From: the human T2T-CHM13v2.0 reference genome, Homo sapiens
Assembly: GCF_009914755.1 (NCBI RefSeq)
Contig: NC_060936.1
Direction: 5' to 3' (one strand)
DNA length: 64,000 nt
Part shown: positions 60,561 to 64,000 of the stretch, piece after piece
Position numbering within the stretch: position 1 is the stretch's first letter
How the letters are laid out: each line of letters starts with the position of its first letter
Notes under the pieces: generated by a model
What the model saw: only the letters and a program-made list of their open reading frames with translations
The model's database searches: none
Told to the model about the DNA's origin: nothing
Program-made: the position numbers and the translations under genes

Positions 60561-61559
60561 CAATTATGCTTTGCTTAATAACAGGGATACATTCTGAGAA
60601 ATGCATCGTTAGGCAATTTCATCACCGTGCAAACATCAGAGAGTGTATGTACACAAACCTAGATGGTATGGTCTACCACACACCTGGGCTATATGGTACA
60701 GCCTGTTGTTCCTAGTCTACAAACTATATAGCATGTATGTGACTGTACTGAATACTGTAGGCAACTGTAACAGAACCAGAAGTATTTGTATACCTAAACA
60801 CAGAAAAGTTGCAGTAAATATACAGTATAAAAGATAAAAAATGGTACACTTACCATGTAGGGCACTTACCATGAATGAAGATTGCAGGACTGGAAGTTGC
60901 TTTGGGTGAGTCAGTGAATGAGTAGTAAGTGAATGTGAAGGCCTGGGACATTACTATACACTAATGTAGACATTAAAAATACTGTACACTTAGGCTACAC
61001 TAAACATATAAAAATCTTTTTGCTAATCATTTAACTTAGCTGACAGTAACTTTACTTTATAAATTTTTTAATTGTTTTTTACTTTTTAAACACTTTTGTA
61101 ATGACAAAACACAAAATCATTGTACAGCTGTACAAAAATATTTTCCTTCTTTATATCGTTATCCTATAGGCTTTTTCCTATTTTTATTTTTTCTTTGCCT
61201 CTCCTCTTTTTTTTTCTATTTTTGAGTTTTTACTTTTAAACTTTTTTGAATATAGTAGTAAGTACACAAACCAGTAACAGTTGTTTACTATCATTATCAA
61301 GTATTATGTACTATACATAATGAAATGTGCTAGACTTCTATATGATTGGCAATGCAGCAGGTTTGTTTATACCAGTGTAACTGGGACACACTAGATAACT
61401 AGCGTACACACTAGGTACAGCATAACTAGTAACACACTAGGACGGTACAGCCACGACATCACTAGGTGACAGGAATTTTTCAGCTCCATTATAATCATAG
61501 GATGCAATCATATATGTGGTCTGTTATTGACCAAAACCTTGATACACAGCACATGACTA
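60561..61559. mobile_element. Tigger3/MER7-type DNA transposon
   Basis: gggatacattctgagaaatgcatcgttaggcaatttc...cacatgact. Confidence 0.85.
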
Positions 61560-62207
61560 CACTTGAAAATTGTTAAAAGAGTAGATTTTAAATGTTCTCA
61601 TCACAAAAAAATGATAATTTTGTGAGGAATGGATATGTTAATTAGCTTGATTTAGCCACTCCACAATGAATACATATATCAAAACAGCATGTTGTATACT
61701 ATAAATATATACAATCCTTATTTGTCAATTTAAAAATAAAAAGCATCAATGCTTAAAAAGAGCAAGAGCTCGGTGTAAATAGTCATATGACATAGACATG
61801 AAATGAAACAAGATACTAATAGCAAAAATAATAGAAAGCAGAATCAGAACCTGAAGGATTTTAGACACTGGAAAAATCTGGCACAGAATATAAGTATCAT
61901 ATTTTTAAAGAAAAAGAAGAAATGAACAAATTAGTTAGAAAACCAACTAGAACTTTTAGAAATAAAAATTTCATCCTCTGAAATTTAACTCAATAAATAG
62001 GTGAGATTAATAGCACATTAGACACACTTGAATATATAAGTAATGAAAGATGAATCTAGAGGAATGGAAAGTAGCACAAAGATATAAAGAGTTGGGAAAT
62101 ATGAAAATAGATGCCATAAATATGGAGGATAGCATAAATATGTAGGATAGTAATTCTCAAGCACATCTATTTGGAGATCCAGAAGGAAAGAAAAGAGAAA
62201 ACAGGAC

Positions 62208-62537
<330 letters not shown>

Positions 62538-63794
62538 TTAGTGGGAGATGTTATAACCCATTTCTCTGAGAAATTAATAAATCAACTGTATAAAATCTGA
62601 AAAAACACAGATCATTTCAAATATACAATCAACAAATTTGATCTAATGGATGTATACAGAATACTGTAGCCAACATTTAGAAAATATACTTTTTTTTCAA
62701 ACGCATAGGTAATATTCATAAAAACTGTCCACATACTAGGCAATAAGAATATTCTCAATAAAATCCCAAAGGATTACTGTCACAAAGGCCACACTCCCTA
62801 ATTGCAGTACAGGTAGAAATCAGTAACAGATAGCAAAAAAACCCCATATTTTTGGACATTTTAAAATATACTTCAAATTAAATCATGTGTCAAAGGGAAA
62901 TCATAATGCAAATTATTAAATATGTAGAGCTAATCAATAATTAAATCTTATGTATCAAAATTGTAGAATGCTGGAAATGCAGCACCTAAATGGTTATGTT
63001 AGAAAAGAAAGACTGAAAATAAATGAGCTATGTATTTATATCTAGAAGTTAGAAAAAGAACAATAAACCTAAGGTAGAATGAAAAAATATTAAAGGTACG
63101 TACAAACATTAATAGAAAACAAACATGATAGTGAAGACAAAGTCAAAGTTGATCCTCTGAAAAGGCAAATAAGACTAATAAATGTTAGATAATCTTAAGA
63201 TAAAAAGAGAAGATACAAATAAACTATGAAGAATGAGTACTGTGCTAGATATTGACTATTGGCACTCAGCATCCATTCTCACTCCTTTTACAGTCTTTCT
63301 TACAGAGAGAGAAACACCTAGAGCTATAATTCTCAGACTCCCTTACCAGTAGGGTTCCAGCTAGAGATTAGGTTACACCATGTTGCACTCATGTAAGACT
63401 TTGGCAGTATGAATTCAGTAGAATCCCCTTTCCCCAACCCTTCTTTTCCTCCTGTAAGGATACAATGCTGTGGAGTCTTTAGTAGGTATGAGTTTTCACA
63501 AGAGCTGACTGGATTCTGCATTCTTCAGCCAGTTAACAGCCTCAAGGTCTGGGAATAGCTGTGATGCTGTAGTAGTTGTGTTAAGTTTCCTAACGTCTCA
63601 GTAATATCAGGCATCCTGACTCTCTGGACCAAATCTGCTACAGCAAACCTAAAGCCAGTGTCAGCTCCCTTCCCTCCACACTGGCTTTCTGTCCTCCCAC
63701 CCTGCCAAGGTCTAATAATGCTTTCAAATACCTTCCTCCATTCCTATCAACACACCTCTATGAGACTGGTATGAGCATCAGTAAACCAAATCTA

Positions 63795-64000
63795 GGCCAG
63801 GCATGGTGGGTCATCCCTGTAATCCTAGTGCTTTGGGAGGCCAAGGCCAGAGAATTGCTTGAAACCAGTAGTTTGAGACCAGCCTTGGCAACATGATGAG
63901 ACCCTGTGTCTACTTAAAAATAAAAAAGCCAGGCATGGCGGTGCACACCTGTAGTTCTAGCTACTCAGGAGGCTGAGGCAAGAGGATCACCTTAAGCCGA
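63795..64000 (+). mobile_element. AluJ-like (cut by the window end)
   Basis: ggccaggcatggtgg... Confidence 0.9.

Overview
Primate, very probably human, genomic DNA with two convergent gene ends. CHST11 is on the + strand: last coding exon 558-1412 and 3'UTR to about 5625. SLC41A2 is on the - strand: last coding exon 48763-48948 (missed by the ORF track), 3'UTR running down to about 45410, and last intron extending beyond 64000. The ~40 kb between them is rich in repeats (Alu, L1, L2, MIR, MER DNA transposons, MaLR/ERV1/ERVL LTRs, and a 5'-deleted MER34-like ERV with an env remnant). The main result is that the non-repeat islands in this interval form an ordered chain of about 19 exon-like segments (~39823 to ~8334). 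They carry AG/GT splice signals, mostly compatible splice phases, and frames broken by scattered stops and frameshifts. I interpret this as a decayed multi-exon (unitary) pseudogene, possibly encoding an RGS22/RGSL1-type protein, with one exon apparently flipped by a local inversion. I identified it by eye and it needs comparative confirmation. Repeat subfamily names are from recall and their boundaries are approximate.
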